Shown piece after piece: positions 1-10,491 of a DNA stretch of 64,000 bases; the stretch's first letter is position 1; every line of letters starts with the position of its first letter. A program made the translations under genes and the position numbers. The notes under the pieces were generated by a model, which saw nothing but the letters and a program-made list of their open reading frames with translations, searched no databases and had not been told where the DNA came from. This DNA comes from Candidatus Anaeroferrophillus wilburensis (GTDB lineage: Bacteria > Desulfobacterota > Anaeroferrophillalia > Anaeroferrophillales > Anaeroferrophillaceae): NCBI GenBank assembly GCA_016934315.1, contig JAFGSY010000011.1:493-64492 (forward strand), written 5' to 3'.

Positions 1-1059
1 AACAATTATGGTGATGTGGTTGGGGAGGGGCTGAACTATGTTTTCAGCCAGGCGACAACCTATGCAATTGGTGTAGAGCCAACCGGTAATCCCGATGGTG
101 ATGGCGATGGTTTGGGGGTTAAATTTGTTCTCGGGGGCAATAACTCTAGAGATACCTATGTGACCGGATTGGTGCTGCCGGCAATTGCTGCCACGGGGAC
201 TCCCGGTGCCGTGGTCACCACCGGGGCGCTTTCCGGGATGACGTATGCGGAAGTTGTTCAGGATACGGTGGATTATTTTGCCTATGGCCAAGCAGATCCC
301 GGAAATGTTTACCGGGGTGGTTGGCGCTACTATGCTGACTATGGTCAAGCTGATAATTCCACTGCCCAATGGCCGGTGATTGCCAGCCTGTTTGCCGGCG
401 ACATGGGCGTCAGCGCACCTCAGTTTGTCCGTGATGAGCTGCAATATTGGATTGACTATGTCCAGTATAGAGATGGAAGTGGGACTGGTCTTGATGGTTC
501 ATCTGGGTATGATAGACCTTTAATGTATAATAATGCAGCGAAAACTGGCGGCCTGCTGGTTGAGATGGCCTTTGCCGGCGAGGATCTTGGGGGGACGGCG
601 TATGACCTGTTACATCCGGATCTCTTGGCAGCTTTAGCGTATCTTGATCGTGAGTGGCAGGGTACCCCATCTGGCACCTGGTATGGAAATTTTGGCCATC
701 CCTATGCCATGTGGAGTGTCTACAAGGGTCTGGAAACGACTATTGGTCTTGATGATACCACCTATATCACCAACTATTTCTATGACCCGACTACTGTGAC
801 CCTTGATGTAGGGGATACCTACACTTGGTGGGAGGATTACTGTGAGTGGTTGGTTTTAAATCAAGGTGCTAGTGGTGCATGGACGGGCTACAGCTACTGG
901 GATGGAGCGTTGTCCACCGCCTGGAACATCAATATCCTGGCGGCTACCGAGATCCCCAATGGTAATGAACCGGTTCCTGAGCCGGCAACCATGGTCCTGT
1001 TCGGTGTCGGGCTTCTGGGGCTGGGTATGATCAATCGGCGGCGGAAAAAAGATCAGTAA
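1..1059 (+). CDS. PEP-CTERM sorting-domain protein (5'-truncated at window edge)
   Basis: The frame is open from nt 1. The C-terminus VPEPATMVLFGVGLLGLGMINRRRKK* has the PEP motif, a hydrophobic helix and a basic cluster, which is the exosortase sorting signal. The body is rich in GGW/WY/YG repeats. Confidence 0.75.
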   Translation, partial: NNYGDVVGEGLNYVFSQATTYAIGVEPTGNPDGDGDGLGVKFVLGGNNSRDTYVTGLVLPAIAATGTPGAVVTTGALSGMTYAEVVQDTVDYFAYGQADPGNVYRGGWRYYADYGQADNSTAQWPVIASLFAGDMGVSAPQFVRDELQYWIDYVQYRDGSGTGLDGSSGYDRPLMYNNAAKTGGLLVEMAFAGEDLGGTAYDLLHPDLLAALAYLDREWQGTPSGTWYGNFGHPYAMWSVYKGLETTIGLDDTTYITNYFYDPTTVTLDVGDTYTWWEDYCEWLVLNQGASGAWTGYSYWDGALSTAWNINILAATEIPNGNEPVPEPATMVLFGVGLLGLGMINRRRKKDQ

Positions 1060-1156
1060 CCTCGCTGGCTGATAGAAAAGAGCAGGTGCAGGCCTGCTCT
1101 TTTCTTGTTGGCTGCAGGATAAAATAGGTATGTGTTCTGTGTGCGTGGGAGGGAAT

Positions 1157-2887
1157 ATGAACGGTTTTTTATCTGCCAGCCCCGGCCGGTTGATGGTCCG
1201 CTTGCCACTGGTTGCGGTGTGTGCTGTTGCTCTGGTCTTTTTCTTTGCCACTCCGGCCAGTACCGTTGTCATTGATAGCAGCTCTGAGGTGCTGCCCGAG
1301 AATGACTTTTCCGTCCATCAGGACCTGCTTTCCCTGCTCCAGACCGATCCCACAGAGGAACTGCTGACCCTGGCCGAGATCCAGCTAGCTAGGGGTGCCT
1401 GGCAGGAAGCCAAAGAGTATCTCAACGCCGTGCTGGTACGCAAAGAGGGACATCAGCAGGCCCGGGGGTTATTGGGGGTGCTGGCGGCTCTCGGCGGCTC
1501 CAGTGATGAGGCGGCAAAGCAGCTTGAAATGCTGGGCGACCATCAAGCGCAGGAGGTCAACCGGCAGCTGATCAGGGCGATTCTGGCCGCCCAGCGGCAG
1601 GATTTTAGCCGGGCGCAAACATCTCTTGATGCGGTGCTGCAACAGCAGCCGGAAAACCTTATCGGTCTTTATTACCAGGGCAGTCTGCTGCTGGCCCAGG
1701 AAAAATTGCCCCAAGCCGAAGTGTTTTTAGGCCGGGTCCGGGACGCGTATCCCAACTTTCCGCCGGCTGCCGCCGGCCTGGCCCAGGTGTACCGGGGCCA
1801 GTGTAATGCTGCCAAAGCGATTGATTTACTCCGGCAGGCCGTTACGCTGGATCCGGATAATATTCTCTACCGCCGCCAGCTGGTGGAACTGTACCGTCAG
1901 GCCGGCAACCAGGAAGCGGCCAATCAGGAGACCATCACGATGGTCTATTACGCCCCCGGGGTGAAACAGGCAACCATCGAACAGGGGATGAAACTGCTGG
2001 CGGTGGGTGCCTATGACGCGGCCATCGAGCGGATGGCAAAAGCACTCCAGGTGTATGGCCATATTCCCGAGGCCCATTATATCACGGCGGCGGCCTTGAT
2101 CAATCAGGGTGGCAGTGAGAAGCGGGCCCTCGATCACCTTGATACCTTCCTGGCGGGCCGCAAGGGGCTGCCCCTCAGTCATCACTATGCCGGCATTGCC
2201 TATCTGTCCCTGCAGCAATTGGATCAGGCGGAAATCCAGTTTAAGAAGGCTATCAGCCTGAATCCGCGCCTGGGCCGGAGTTTCATCCCGCTGGTGATCA
2301 TTGAGCAGGTGAAGGGCAACTATGATGTTGCCTTGGGCGGCCTGGCCCTGGCGCGCAGATGGGGTGAACCGGCGCCGCTGGTGGATTATTTGACCGCCCA
2401 TGTGCTGCTGGCCAGGGGTGATACTGAGGGTTTTCAGGTAGCAATAAAAGGGGCGGCAGCATTGCTGCCAAAGATCCAGGAAACGGCGGCTTTTATCCTG
2501 CCTGCCAAAAAGGATCGGGAAGCCTTCTGCCGGGCGCGCAATCTGCTGGCTCTCCTGTTTTACAACGGCTGGTATGGCAGCGCCGGAGAGGTTGCGTCCA
2601 GTCTTATACATAAAAATCGTGATGATCGGTTTGCCTGGTACTTCACCCTGCTTGTTTCCGAAACTACCAATCAGCATGCCCGCGGGATGAGCGCGGCGCG
2701 GGAACTGGTGCGGATAGATCCGTTGACACCGGCCTGGTGGCAGCAGCTGGGATTGCTTGCCCGGCAGGAGGGTAATCTTCAGGAGGCAGAAAATGCCTAT
2801 AAAAAAGTGGTGGAACTCGATCCAGCTTCAGAGCCGGCACGGACCGAACTGAGTAAAATCACCCTTGAAAGACAGAGAAAGGAGTAG
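1157..2887 (+). CDS. TPR-repeat protein with N-terminal signal peptide
   Basis: ATG at 1157 is preceded by GGGAGGGAA. A hydrophobic N-terminal helix is followed by multiple TPR-like helix pairs (AxxYxxA patterns). It is adjacent to the PEP-CTERM cargo gene. Confidence 0.7.
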   Translation: MNGFLSASPGRLMVRLPLVAVCAVALVFFFATPASTVVIDSSSEVLPENDFSVHQDLLSLLQTDPTEELLTLAEIQLARGAWQEAKEYLNAVLVRKEGHQQARGLLGVLAALGGSSDEAAKQLEMLGDHQAQEVNRQLIRAILAAQRQDFSRAQTSLDAVLQQQPENLIGLYYQGSLLLAQEKLPQAEVFLGRVRDAYPNFPPAAAGLAQVYRGQCNAAKAIDLLRQAVTLDPDNILYRRQLVELYRQAGNQEAANQETITMVYYAPGVKQATIEQGMKLLAVGAYDAAIERMAKALQVYGHIPEAHYITAAALINQGGSEKRALDHLDTFLAGRKGLPLSHHYAGIAYLSLQQLDQAEIQFKKAISLNPRLGRSFIPLVIIEQVKGNYDVALGGLALARRWGEPAPLVDYLTAHVLLARGDTEGFQVAIKGAAALLPKIQETAAFILPAKKDREAFCRARNLLALLFYNGWYGSAGEVASSLIHKNRDDRFAWYFTLLVSETTNQHARGMSAARELVRIDPLTPAWWQQLGLLARQEGNLQEAENAYKKVVELDPASEPARTELSKITLERQRKE

Positions 2888-3089
2888 CGGCGGAGCCTTT
2901 CTGCATCCAAAAATGATCATTTCTTTGTTTTTCCAGTGAAGAAGAGCCACAGATTGTGGCTCTTCTTTTGGTGATGGGGATTGTTTTTCATTCCGATAAT
3001 CTGCTACAATGGAAACAATGTTCCATAACAGCAGCGCCAATAGGTTCTACCCATTGAGTCACTCTCCTCTTGCCAAAGCCACAGTGTGC

Positions 3090-3752
3090 ATGATGACGGC
3101 TTTATTGTTGTTTTCCGGTGCCTGTAGCCGTCAGCTGGCGGCAACCAGACAGCGGTTGGGGGAGGCGGTGGTCCCCACCGACGTGAAGATGATCAATCAT
3201 CACATGGAGCAGCACTACCAGGAATTGGAGGAGTTTACCCGCCGGCTGTATGCGAAGAATCCCAAATATGAACCGGATCTGGTGCTGCGGGAAGAGAAGA
3301 TCAAGGCGATCTTCCATGGCGGCGAACCGCCGGAGCGTTATTTTTACGGTCAGCCTTCCCATGAAATTCTGCGGGCCGCTTTTGATCCCGTCACTGACTA
3401 TGGCGATCGGGTTTATCTGCTGAGTCTTGGCCTGGTGAAAAGTGTCAGGGAAGCCTATGGGGTGGAGGATGGACAGTTATTCAGCAGCCTGCAGCTGCCG
3501 CTGGAAAAGCTGGAGACGCTTTATCACAATATCAGCCAGGTGAACTGGCGGCTGAAGGTCTATCGCGATGACCTGGGGGAGCTCTTGTTTCTCACCAATG
3601 AAGCAGCAGCGGACGGCTACCTGAATATGGGCTATGAGGTGATCATGACCCGGGTGCTCACCAGAATAGCTGACGATATTTTTCTGCGCGGCGGCTCGCC
3701 ACCGAAGTTTTTCTTCAATATGTCCACCATGTTTCTGGCAATTCTGTTCTGA
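3090..3752 (+). CDS. hypothetical lipoprotein
   Basis: The N-terminus MMTALLLFSGAC carries a lipobox-like signal. No recognisable catalytic motif. Confidence 0.5.
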   Translation: MMTALLLFSGACSRQLAATRQRLGEAVVPTDVKMINHHMEQHYQELEEFTRRLYAKNPKYEPDLVLREEKIKAIFHGGEPPERYFYGQPSHEILRAAFDPVTDYGDRVYLLSLGLVKSVREAYGVEDGQLFSSLQLPLEKLETLYHNISQVNWRLKVYRDDLGELLFLTNEAAADGYLNMGYEVIMTRVLTRIADDIFLRGGSPPKFFFNMSTMFLAILF

Positions 3753-3761
3753 GTCCTTGAC

Positions 3762-5999
3762 TCAGATGTTGTCGATCAGGACCTTGCGTGGTTTGCTGCC
3801 TTCGGCCGGGCCGATGACCCCTTCTGCTTCCATGGTTTCAATGATTCTGGCGGCCCGGTTGTAGCCGATCCTGAATTTCCGCTGGATCAGCGAGGCGGAG
3901 GCGGTTTTTACTTCAGCGACGAAGGCCACCGCCTGGTCATACAATTCATCGTAACCCTCCTCGTCACTTTCCCCGCCGTCAACGGCAAGGGCGGCTTTAT
4001 TGCGTTCTTTGCGCGATTTGGCCAGCTCCTCCTCCTGTTTTTTCAGCATGTCGTCATCATACTGGGGTTTGCCCTGTTTTTTGAGGAAGTCGGTGACCCT
4101 CCTGATCTCCCTGTCGTTAAGAAAGGAGCCATGGAGGCGGGTGAAATTAGAGGTTCCCGAGCCGGGCTGGAGAAACAGCATGTCGCCGTTGCCCAGCAGG
4201 TGTTCGGCGCCCATGGCGTCAAGGATGGTGCGGGAGTCCACCCGGGATGAAACCCGAAAGGAGATGCGGGCCGGAAAATTGGCCTTGATCAGGCCGGTGA
4301 TCACATCAACCGACGGCCGCTGGGTCGCCAGCACCAGGTGGATGCCGGCCGCCCTGGCCATCTGGGCCAGGCGAGTGATGGATTCTTCCACATCCTTGGC
4401 GGCAACCATCATCAGGTCGGCCAGTTCATCGATGACCACGACAATATAGGGTAGCATTTCGGTATGCTGCTGCTCGTCCTCATTCTGCTGCTGGGCCTGT
4501 TTGCGGACCAGTTTGTTGTAGGCCAGGATGTTGCGGGTGCCGCTTTCCGACATCAGGCTGTAGCGACGTTCCATCTCATCAACGGCCCAGCGCAGGGCGG
4601 CCGCGGCCCGTTTCGGGTTGGTGACCACCGGCAGCAGCAGGTTGGGAATGTTGTCGTAGATGGACAGCTCCAGCATTTTGGGATCCACCATGATAAAGCG
4701 AACCTGTTCGGGGGTCGATTTGAACAGAATACTGCAGATCATCGTATTGATGGCCACGCTTTTGCCGGACCCGGTGGAGCCGGCAATCAGCAGGTGGGGC
4801 ATTTTGGTCAGATCGCTGACGAACGGGGCGCCGCCGATGTCTTTCCCCAGGGCCAGGGGCAGGAGAGACCTGTTGGTCTGGAAGGCGTCGGAGACGATCA
4901 GCTCCTTGAAATAGACATCCTCCCGTTCAAGGTTGGGAATCTCGATGCCGACCACCGATTTGCCCGGGATGGGGGCGACAATCCTCACTGACATGGCACT
5001 CAGGGCCAGGGCCAGGTCATCTGCCAGGGAAACAATTTTATTCAGTTTGGTGCCGGCTGCCGGCCTGAATTCAAACATGGTCACCACCGGGCCGGGGTAA
5101 ACCTCGGTAACCTGGCCTTCAACCCCGTAATCCAGCAGCTTCTTCTCCAGAATCTGGGACTGCATCAGCAGGCTTTTATCATTGTGGGAGACCTTCTTTT
5201 TAGGCGGTGGATCATCAAGCATGGAGGTCCGGGGCAGAGTTATCTTGCCTGATTCCTGGAAAAAAGGCAGGATCTCCTGCTGAAGGATCTCCTTTTCCGG
5301 GGCGGGGGCTTTGGGTTTTTTTTCAATTTTGATTACCGGTTTGGCTGGCGCTGACCGGTCTTTGGCTTTCTTCTGCTGCCTGGCTGCCATCTGCCGGAGA
5401 GAGACCAGCATGGCTAGACAGGCTCTGGAAAGCATCTGGCTGGAGTTCAGAAAGCCCTCGGCGACAATCGCCATCAACTTCAAAGGCGAAATATGAGTGG
5501 TGACGATAATGGCCAGGGAGAAAATGACCAGCATCAAAAGGCAGGTTCCCACCTGGTTGAGATAGGAGAGAAAAAGGGCGGCCATCAGGTAGCCGAATAC
5601 CCCCCCTGATTTGAGCGCCTGCTGATGGTAGGTAAAGGTCGGGCTGATCAGTGATGTCCAGATGGAGGTACTCAGCAGCAGCAGCACGGCTCCCGGATAG
5701 CTGCTCCATGGGGGCGGTTTTTTGCTGGCCAAGAGGGTCAGGAATATGCCGAACAGATAGAGAGGGATGACTACTGCCGCCAAGCCGAAAGCCTGCACCA
5801 GCAGATCGGCAATGATCGCCCCCAGCCGGCCGCTGAAGTTGTGAATCTCCCGGCCGGGGATGGCGGCGGTGTTCCATGAGGGATCTTGTGGCGAAAAGGA
5901 CACCAGGCAGATGAGCAGAAAGACGGCAAGGCCGAGCACCAGAATGCCGCTTATCTCATACTTCCATTCCTGACGATCCAGTTGCAGTCGTTTTAACAT
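3762..5999 (-). CDS. ftsK: DNA translocase FtsK/SpoIIIE
   Basis: N-terminal multi-TM segment, a Pro/Lys-rich linker, Walker A GSTGSGKS, and a C-terminal gamma-domain-like tail. Confidence 0.93.
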   Translation of the reverse strand: MLKRLQLDRQEWKYEISGILVLGLAVFLLICLVSFSPQDPSWNTAAIPGREIHNFSGRLGAIIADLLVQAFGLAAVVIPLYLFGIFLTLLASKKPPPWSSYPGAVLLLLSTSIWTSLISPTFTYHQQALKSGGVFGYLMAALFLSYLNQVGTCLLMLVIFSLAIIVTTHISPLKLMAIVAEGFLNSSQMLSRACLAMLVSLRQMAARQQKKAKDRSAPAKPVIKIEKKPKAPAPEKEILQQEILPFFQESGKITLPRTSMLDDPPPKKKVSHNDKSLLMQSQILEKKLLDYGVEGQVTEVYPGPVVTMFEFRPAAGTKLNKIVSLADDLALALSAMSVRIVAPIPGKSVVGIEIPNLEREDVYFKELIVSDAFQTNRSLLPLALGKDIGGAPFVSDLTKMPHLLIAGSTGSGKSVAINTMICSILFKSTPEQVRFIMVDPKMLELSIYDNIPNLLLPVVTNPKRAAAALRWAVDEMERRYSLMSESGTRNILAYNKLVRKQAQQQNEDEQQHTEMLPYIVVVIDELADLMMVAAKDVEESITRLAQMARAAGIHLVLATQRPSVDVITGLIKANFPARISFRVSSRVDSRTILDAMGAEHLLGNGDMLFLQPGSGTSNFTRLHGSFLNDREIRRVTDFLKKQGKPQYDDDMLKKQEEELAKSRKERNKAALAVDGGESDEEGYDELYDQAVAFVAEVKTASASLIQRKFRIGYNRAARIIETMEAEGVIGPAEGSKPRKVLIDNI

Positions 6000-6090
6000 A
6001 GTTGAGGTCTTTTTACGCTGTGCCGATGATGTTGTGGCAGGTTATTACCCTCTATTTGGTTCATTCTCAATTCCTTGTACCCTGCCTTAT

Positions 6091-7761
6091 CTATAGTTCA
6101 ATGATGACCGGCAGAATAATTGGACTACGCTGTAAATTGCGCTTGAAAAACCTTTTTAGACTGGTGCGGACTGTTGTTTTCAGCTCGATCCAGTCGGTTC
6201 GCTCAGCGGCCGGAATGTTTGCCAGCGTTTCGGTGACAACCGCCAGCGCTTGGGCGAGAATCTCTTCCTTCTCATCCTCAAAAATCAGACCTTTAGTAGT
6301 GATATCAGGCCCGTAGACCACGTCCCCGGTTGACTCATTAATGGCAATAACCACCAGTGCGACCCCATCTCGGGATAGGTGTTTACGGTCATGGAGGATG
6401 ACATCCTTTACTTCGCCTACCCCTTTGCCGTCAATGAGGATTTTACCGGTTTCAACAGTGCCGGTGCAACGGATGCCGTCTTGGTCCAGGGAGATAATAT
6501 CACCGTCGCCGGCAATGACGATGTGGTCGGCAGTAATCCCCTGTTCCTTGGCCAACTGGGCATGCTGAACCAGGTGGCGATATTCACCGTGGATGGGAAT
6601 GAAATTCTCCGGTTTCACCAGGTTGAGCAGCAGACGCAGCTCATCACGGTGAGCATGGCCGGAGGTATGGGTAAATGCGATCGGTTTGTAGAGTACCCTG
6701 GCGCCGCGACGGTAGAGGCGGTTGATCAGGTTGTTGATTGCTTTTTCATTGCCGGGAATGAACCGTGAGGAAAAGATGATCGTATCTCCGGGAATGACCT
6801 GCAGCCATTTATTGCCCCCGGCGGCCAGGAGCGAGAGGCCGGAGAACGGTTCCCCCTGGCTGCCGGTGGTGATCAGCAGCAGCTGCTCAGGATTGTAGGC
6901 ACCGGTTTCCTGGATGTCGATCAGGGTGTTGTCGGGAATGACAAGATATCCCAGTTCCCGGGCCACCATGACGTTGTTCAGCAGGCTGCGGCCGTACAGT
7001 GCTACCTTGCGCTGCTGCCGGTGAGCCAGGTTGATAAGTTCATGAATGCGCAGCAGATTGGAAGAGAACAATGAAATGATGATTCTCCCGGGACAGGTGG
7101 GGAAAAGTGCTGCCATGGCCTCTTTTACCCGCCGCTCAGGGGCGGAAAAGCCTTCCTGCTCAACGTTGGTGCTGTCCGAGAGCAGCAGCTTGACTCCGTT
7201 TTCGCCGCGCCGGGCAAATTCAGCCAGGTCGGTATGATCGCTTCCCAAAGGAGTGGAGTCGATCTTGAAATCCCCGGTATGGATGATGTTGCCGGCTTCG
7301 GTGGTGATGTGCAGGGCAACGCCATCGGGAATTGAGTGAATCACCCGGATAAATTCAACAATGAAATGGTTGGTGACCAGGCTTTCCCCCGGTTTGACCG
7401 TCACAAACCGGGTGCTTTCATGGAGGGAAAACTCCTTAAGCTTATTTTTGATCAACCCGAGGGTGAACGGGGTACCGTAGACGGGAACCTGCAGGTCAGG
7501 CAGTACGAAGGGCAGGGCACCGATGTGGTCTTCGTGCCCATGGGTGATAATGATTCCCTTGATCCGCTGCCGGTTTTCCTTCAGGTAGGTGGTGTCGGGG
7601 ATAACCAGATCTACCCCCAGCATGTAGGGTTCAGGGAACATCAGGCCGCAGTCGATGACCAGAATTTCATCATCGCACTCAATGGCCATCATATTCATGC
7701 CGATCTCCCCCATCCCGCCAAGGGGAATCAACCGGACTTCAGGTGAGGGTTGTGCCATCAT
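6091..7761 (-). CDS. rnj: ribonuclease J (metallo-beta-lactamase/beta-CASP RNase)
   Basis: HGHEDHIG motif, beta-CASP architecture, about 555 aa. Confidence 0.88.
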   Translation of the reverse strand: MMAQPSPEVRLIPLGGMGEIGMNMMAIECDDEILVIDCGLMFPEPYMLGVDLVIPDTTYLKENRQRIKGIIITHGHEDHIGALPFVLPDLQVPVYGTPFTLGLIKNKLKEFSLHESTRFVTVKPGESLVTNHFIVEFIRVIHSIPDGVALHITTEAGNIIHTGDFKIDSTPLGSDHTDLAEFARRGENGVKLLLSDSTNVEQEGFSAPERRVKEAMAALFPTCPGRIIISLFSSNLLRIHELINLAHRQQRKVALYGRSLLNNVMVARELGYLVIPDNTLIDIQETGAYNPEQLLLITTGSQGEPFSGLSLLAAGGNKWLQVIPGDTIIFSSRFIPGNEKAINNLINRLYRRGARVLYKPIAFTHTSGHAHRDELRLLLNLVKPENFIPIHGEYRHLVQHAQLAKEQGITADHIVIAGDGDIISLDQDGIRCTGTVETGKILIDGKGVGEVKDVILHDRKHLSRDGVALVVIAINESTGDVVYGPDITTKGLIFEDEKEEILAQALAVVTETLANIPAAERTDWIELKTTVRTSLKRFFKRNLQRSPIILPVIIEL

Positions 7762-8886
7762 GAGTCTCGGTTTTCAGGCTGCAGGTTCATCTGGTTCAGC
7801 AGATAGGCTTCGACAAATGAATCGAGATTGCCGTCGAGAACCTGGGTGACATTGCCGGTTTCATGGTCGGTGCGGTGATCTTTGACCATTTGGTAGGGGT
7901 GGAGAATGTAGGAACGGATCTGGCTTCCCCAGGCAATCTCCTTTTTGGTGCCTTCCACTTTGTCAATCTCTTCCTGGCGCTGGGCCATTTCCGCTTCATA
8001 GAGCCTGGCCTTGAGGATTTTCATGGCCATGGCCTTGTTTTTGTGCTGCGACCGTTCATTCTGGCACTGGACAACAATGCCGGAAGGCAGATGGGTGATG
8101 CGGACAGCAGAATCGGTCTTGTTGACATGCTGACCGCCGGCGCCGCTGGCCCGGTAGGTGTCGATGCGCAGATCCTTGTCGTTGATTTCAATCTGCACAT
8201 CGTCATCAATCTCGGGAAAGACAAAAACCGAAGCAAACGACGTATGGCGGCGGCTGCCGGCATCAAAGGGGGATATCCTCACCAGACGGTGGATGCCGAT
8301 TTCGGAACGGAAATTGCCGTAGACATAATCGCCGCTGACCGTAAAGGTGGCACTCTTGATGCCCCCTTCGTCCATTGCCAGAATATCAACGATCTCGGTT
8401 TTCCAGCTTCTTTTCTCGGCCCAGCGCAGATACATGCGCAAAAGCATCTCGGCCCAATCCTGAGCCTCGGTTCCGCCGGCGCCGGCGTTGATGCTGACGA
8501 TGGCGTTTCGCCGGTCATGTTCGGCGGCCATCATCTTTTCCAGTTCAATAAGGGAAAAGCTTTTTTCCAGAGAGCTGAGACGCTGCTTCAGCTCGGCAGC
8601 ACCTTCCGCATCCTCCTCTTCTTTGAGCAATTCGGCCAACAGGGTTATCTCTTCCAGTTCATGCTCCACCTGTTGCCAACGTTCTTTTTCCTGGGTCAGG
8701 GCGGTGCGCTCCTTGAGGATTTCAGTCGCCTGCTGCTGATCCTGCCAGAAATCTTCCCTGGCACTGATCCGCTCAATCTCTCCCAGTCGTTTTTCCAGGC
8801 TGGCTACATCAAAGATACCCCCGGTATTTATCTATTTTTGCGGCTAGTTGTTTTATGGTGTCAAGTGTTTCGGGTGTCAAAATCAT
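7758..8886 (-). CDS. prfB: peptide chain release factor 2 (requires programmed +1 frameshift)
   Basis: The SGAGGQHVNKTDSAVR/GGQ motif lies in the main ORF 7758..8669. A 25-codon upstream ORF starts at ATG 8886 (MILTPETLDTIKQLAAKIDKYRGYL) and ends in the classic CGGGGGTATCTTTGA recoding site. A +1 shift joins it to the main frame. Confidence 0.9.
8809..8826 (-). other. prfB +1 ribosomal frameshift site (internal SD GGGGG + CTT TGA)
   Basis: Minus-strand sequence cgGGGGGtatCTTTGAtg. The in-frame TGA is at 8811..8809, and the downstream frame continues DVASLEKRLGEIER... Confidence 0.85.
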
Positions 8887-8930
8887 CAGTGAAGCCTCCG
8901 TCACAGTATCTGCAATGGATTAATTGTTTT

Positions 8931-10019
8931 TTATTTTTTTCTCTGGATCAGTCCCAACCCGGCAACCCCGTAGAGCAGGTGGGGCAGCAAGGCGGCCGGT
9001 GCCGGCGACATAACGCCGCCTTTGCCCAATGCCAGTGAAAAGGAGAGAATAAACCAGAAAGAAAAGCCAATCACCAGGCTTAAGCCGATCCCTCTGGCTG
9101 TGCCGCCGCTGCGCCGGCCGCCAAGGGAAAAAGGGATGCCGAGCAGCACCATAATCGGGCAGGCAAGGGGAAAAAAGAGCTTGTGGTACCGTTGAACCTC
9201 ATATTCTGTTACATCAATGCCAATGTTTTTTACTTTGTCAATATAATGCTGTAGTTCCCGGAAATTCATCTCCTCAACCGCTTTCTGGGGAATGAGAAAA
9301 TCTTTCGGCTGTTCACTGATTGCCAGAGAAACCTGTTGCTGTCGGTTAAATTCCTGCAGATCTGAACGTCCTTCATGGTAGGAAAAGGTGCGGCTGTTTA
9401 CCGCAAAACCGGTCCATATGCCATGCTGATAGACGATTTTTTCCGCATCAACCCGACGTATAAGGCAGGACTGCTCATCCAGCTGATAGATGGTTGCCCC
9501 GCGAATGGTGTCTTCTTCCGGGATCAACTCTTTGAAATGATAGATATAATCCTGCCCCGTATACCATACGTTCTGCAGATTGAAAAGTTTCTTTTCCTTT
9601 TTCTGCTTGATGATCACGGTCTTGATATGCTTGGCCCGGGCGAAGGTTGCGGGTACCAGGTATTCGGTCATGGCAAAGGTGAGCAGGGCTGCGCAGATGC
9701 CGACGATAATCAGCGGCAGGCTCAGCTGGCGCAGGGTGAAGCCGCAGGCCCGGAAAGCGACCAGTTCGTTGTTTTGTCCCATGCTGCCTAAAGTGAGCAT
9801 GGTAGCCAGCAGAAGCGACAGGGGAATAAACTGTGAGGCATAGAATGGCAGCTGGTTGAACAGGTAGACGATGATAATAAATGGTCCCACATGATTTTCA
9901 ATGAAATCATCAAGGCTGCCGAAAAACTCGAGCAGGAGATAGATCGAAAGGAGGGCCAACAGACTCAGGGTGAAAATCTGCAGGAATTCTTTGGTGAGAT
10001 AACGTTGATAAAGCCGCAT
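8931..10019 (-). CDS. LptF/LptG-family LPS export permease (YjgP/YjgQ)
   Basis: Start trimmed to ATG 10019 (MRLYQRYLTKEFL...), the typical LptF/G N-terminus. It has multi-TM ends and a periplasmic beta-jellyroll middle. The track's longer ORF would overlap the tRNA at 10232..10308. Confidence 0.8.
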   Translation of the reverse strand: MRLYQRYLTKEFLQIFTLSLLALLSIYLLLEFFGSLDDFIENHVGPFIIIVYLFNQLPFYASQFIPLSLLLATMLTLGSMGQNNELVAFRACGFTLRQLSLPLIIVGICAALLTFAMTEYLVPATFARAKHIKTVIIKQKKEKKLFNLQNVWYTGQDYIYHFKELIPEEDTIRGATIYQLDEQSCLIRRVDAEKIVYQHGIWTGFAVNSRTFSYHEGRSDLQEFNRQQQVSLAISEQPKDFLIPQKAVEEMNFRELQHYIDKVKNIGIDVTEYEVQRYHKLFFPLACPIMVLLGIPFSLGGRRSGGTARGIGLSLVIGFSFWFILSFSLALGKGGVMSPAPAALLPHLLYGVAGLGLIQRKK

Positions 10020-10182
10020 ACTGTCCCGTGGGAAGACAAGCGTAACAGAAGATAAACAGTGCCGGATCATAGCAAAAAAAACCATCCGGGGCAATCTATC
10101 AATGCAAAGCGAAAAGACTCCGGAGCTTTTCCCCTGTTTGCAGGAAAGGATGGCATTGCAACAGGCTGGTTTGTAATAGCTG

Positions 10183-10211
10183 TTGACAACTGAAGCTATT
10201 TGTATTATAAG
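10183..10211 (+). promoter_or_regulatory. sigma70-like promoter for tRNA-fMet (TTGACA-17-TATAAG)
   Basis: TTGACA at 10183-10188, a 17-nt spacer, then TATAAG at 10206-10211, about 20 nt upstream of the tRNA 5' end. Confidence 0.45.
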
Positions 10212-10231
10212 TCCAGGCATATGTACCGTGT

Positions 10232-10308
<77 letters not shown>

Positions 10309-10317
10309 AACATTACC

Positions 10318-10356
10318 GAGGGGTTGCGTTGGAAAAGCGCAACCCCTCTTTCTATC
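10318..10356 (+). terminator. Rho-independent terminator after tRNA-fMet
   Basis: Stem GAGGGGTTGCG / CGCAACCCCTC followed by TTTCTATCT. Confidence 0.7.
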
Positions 10357-10491
10357 TGCCCCAAGGTGTAATCCCTGCCTGAATAAGGAGCTTCACGCAC
10401 TCATACACTGCTGTGTTCACATCGCCGCTCATTCTAGCCGGCAAATCTGGTCGCTTACAAGGCGTTCAACGTCTTATCTTATTCATGCTCA

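Noticed and set aside
1826-2677. 283-aa - strand ORF
   Set aside because: It is antisense to the TPR protein gene, and the Gln/Leu-rich translation mirrors the TPR codons.
4464-4991. 175-aa + strand ORF within ftsK
   Set aside because: It is antisense to the FtsK ATPase domain.
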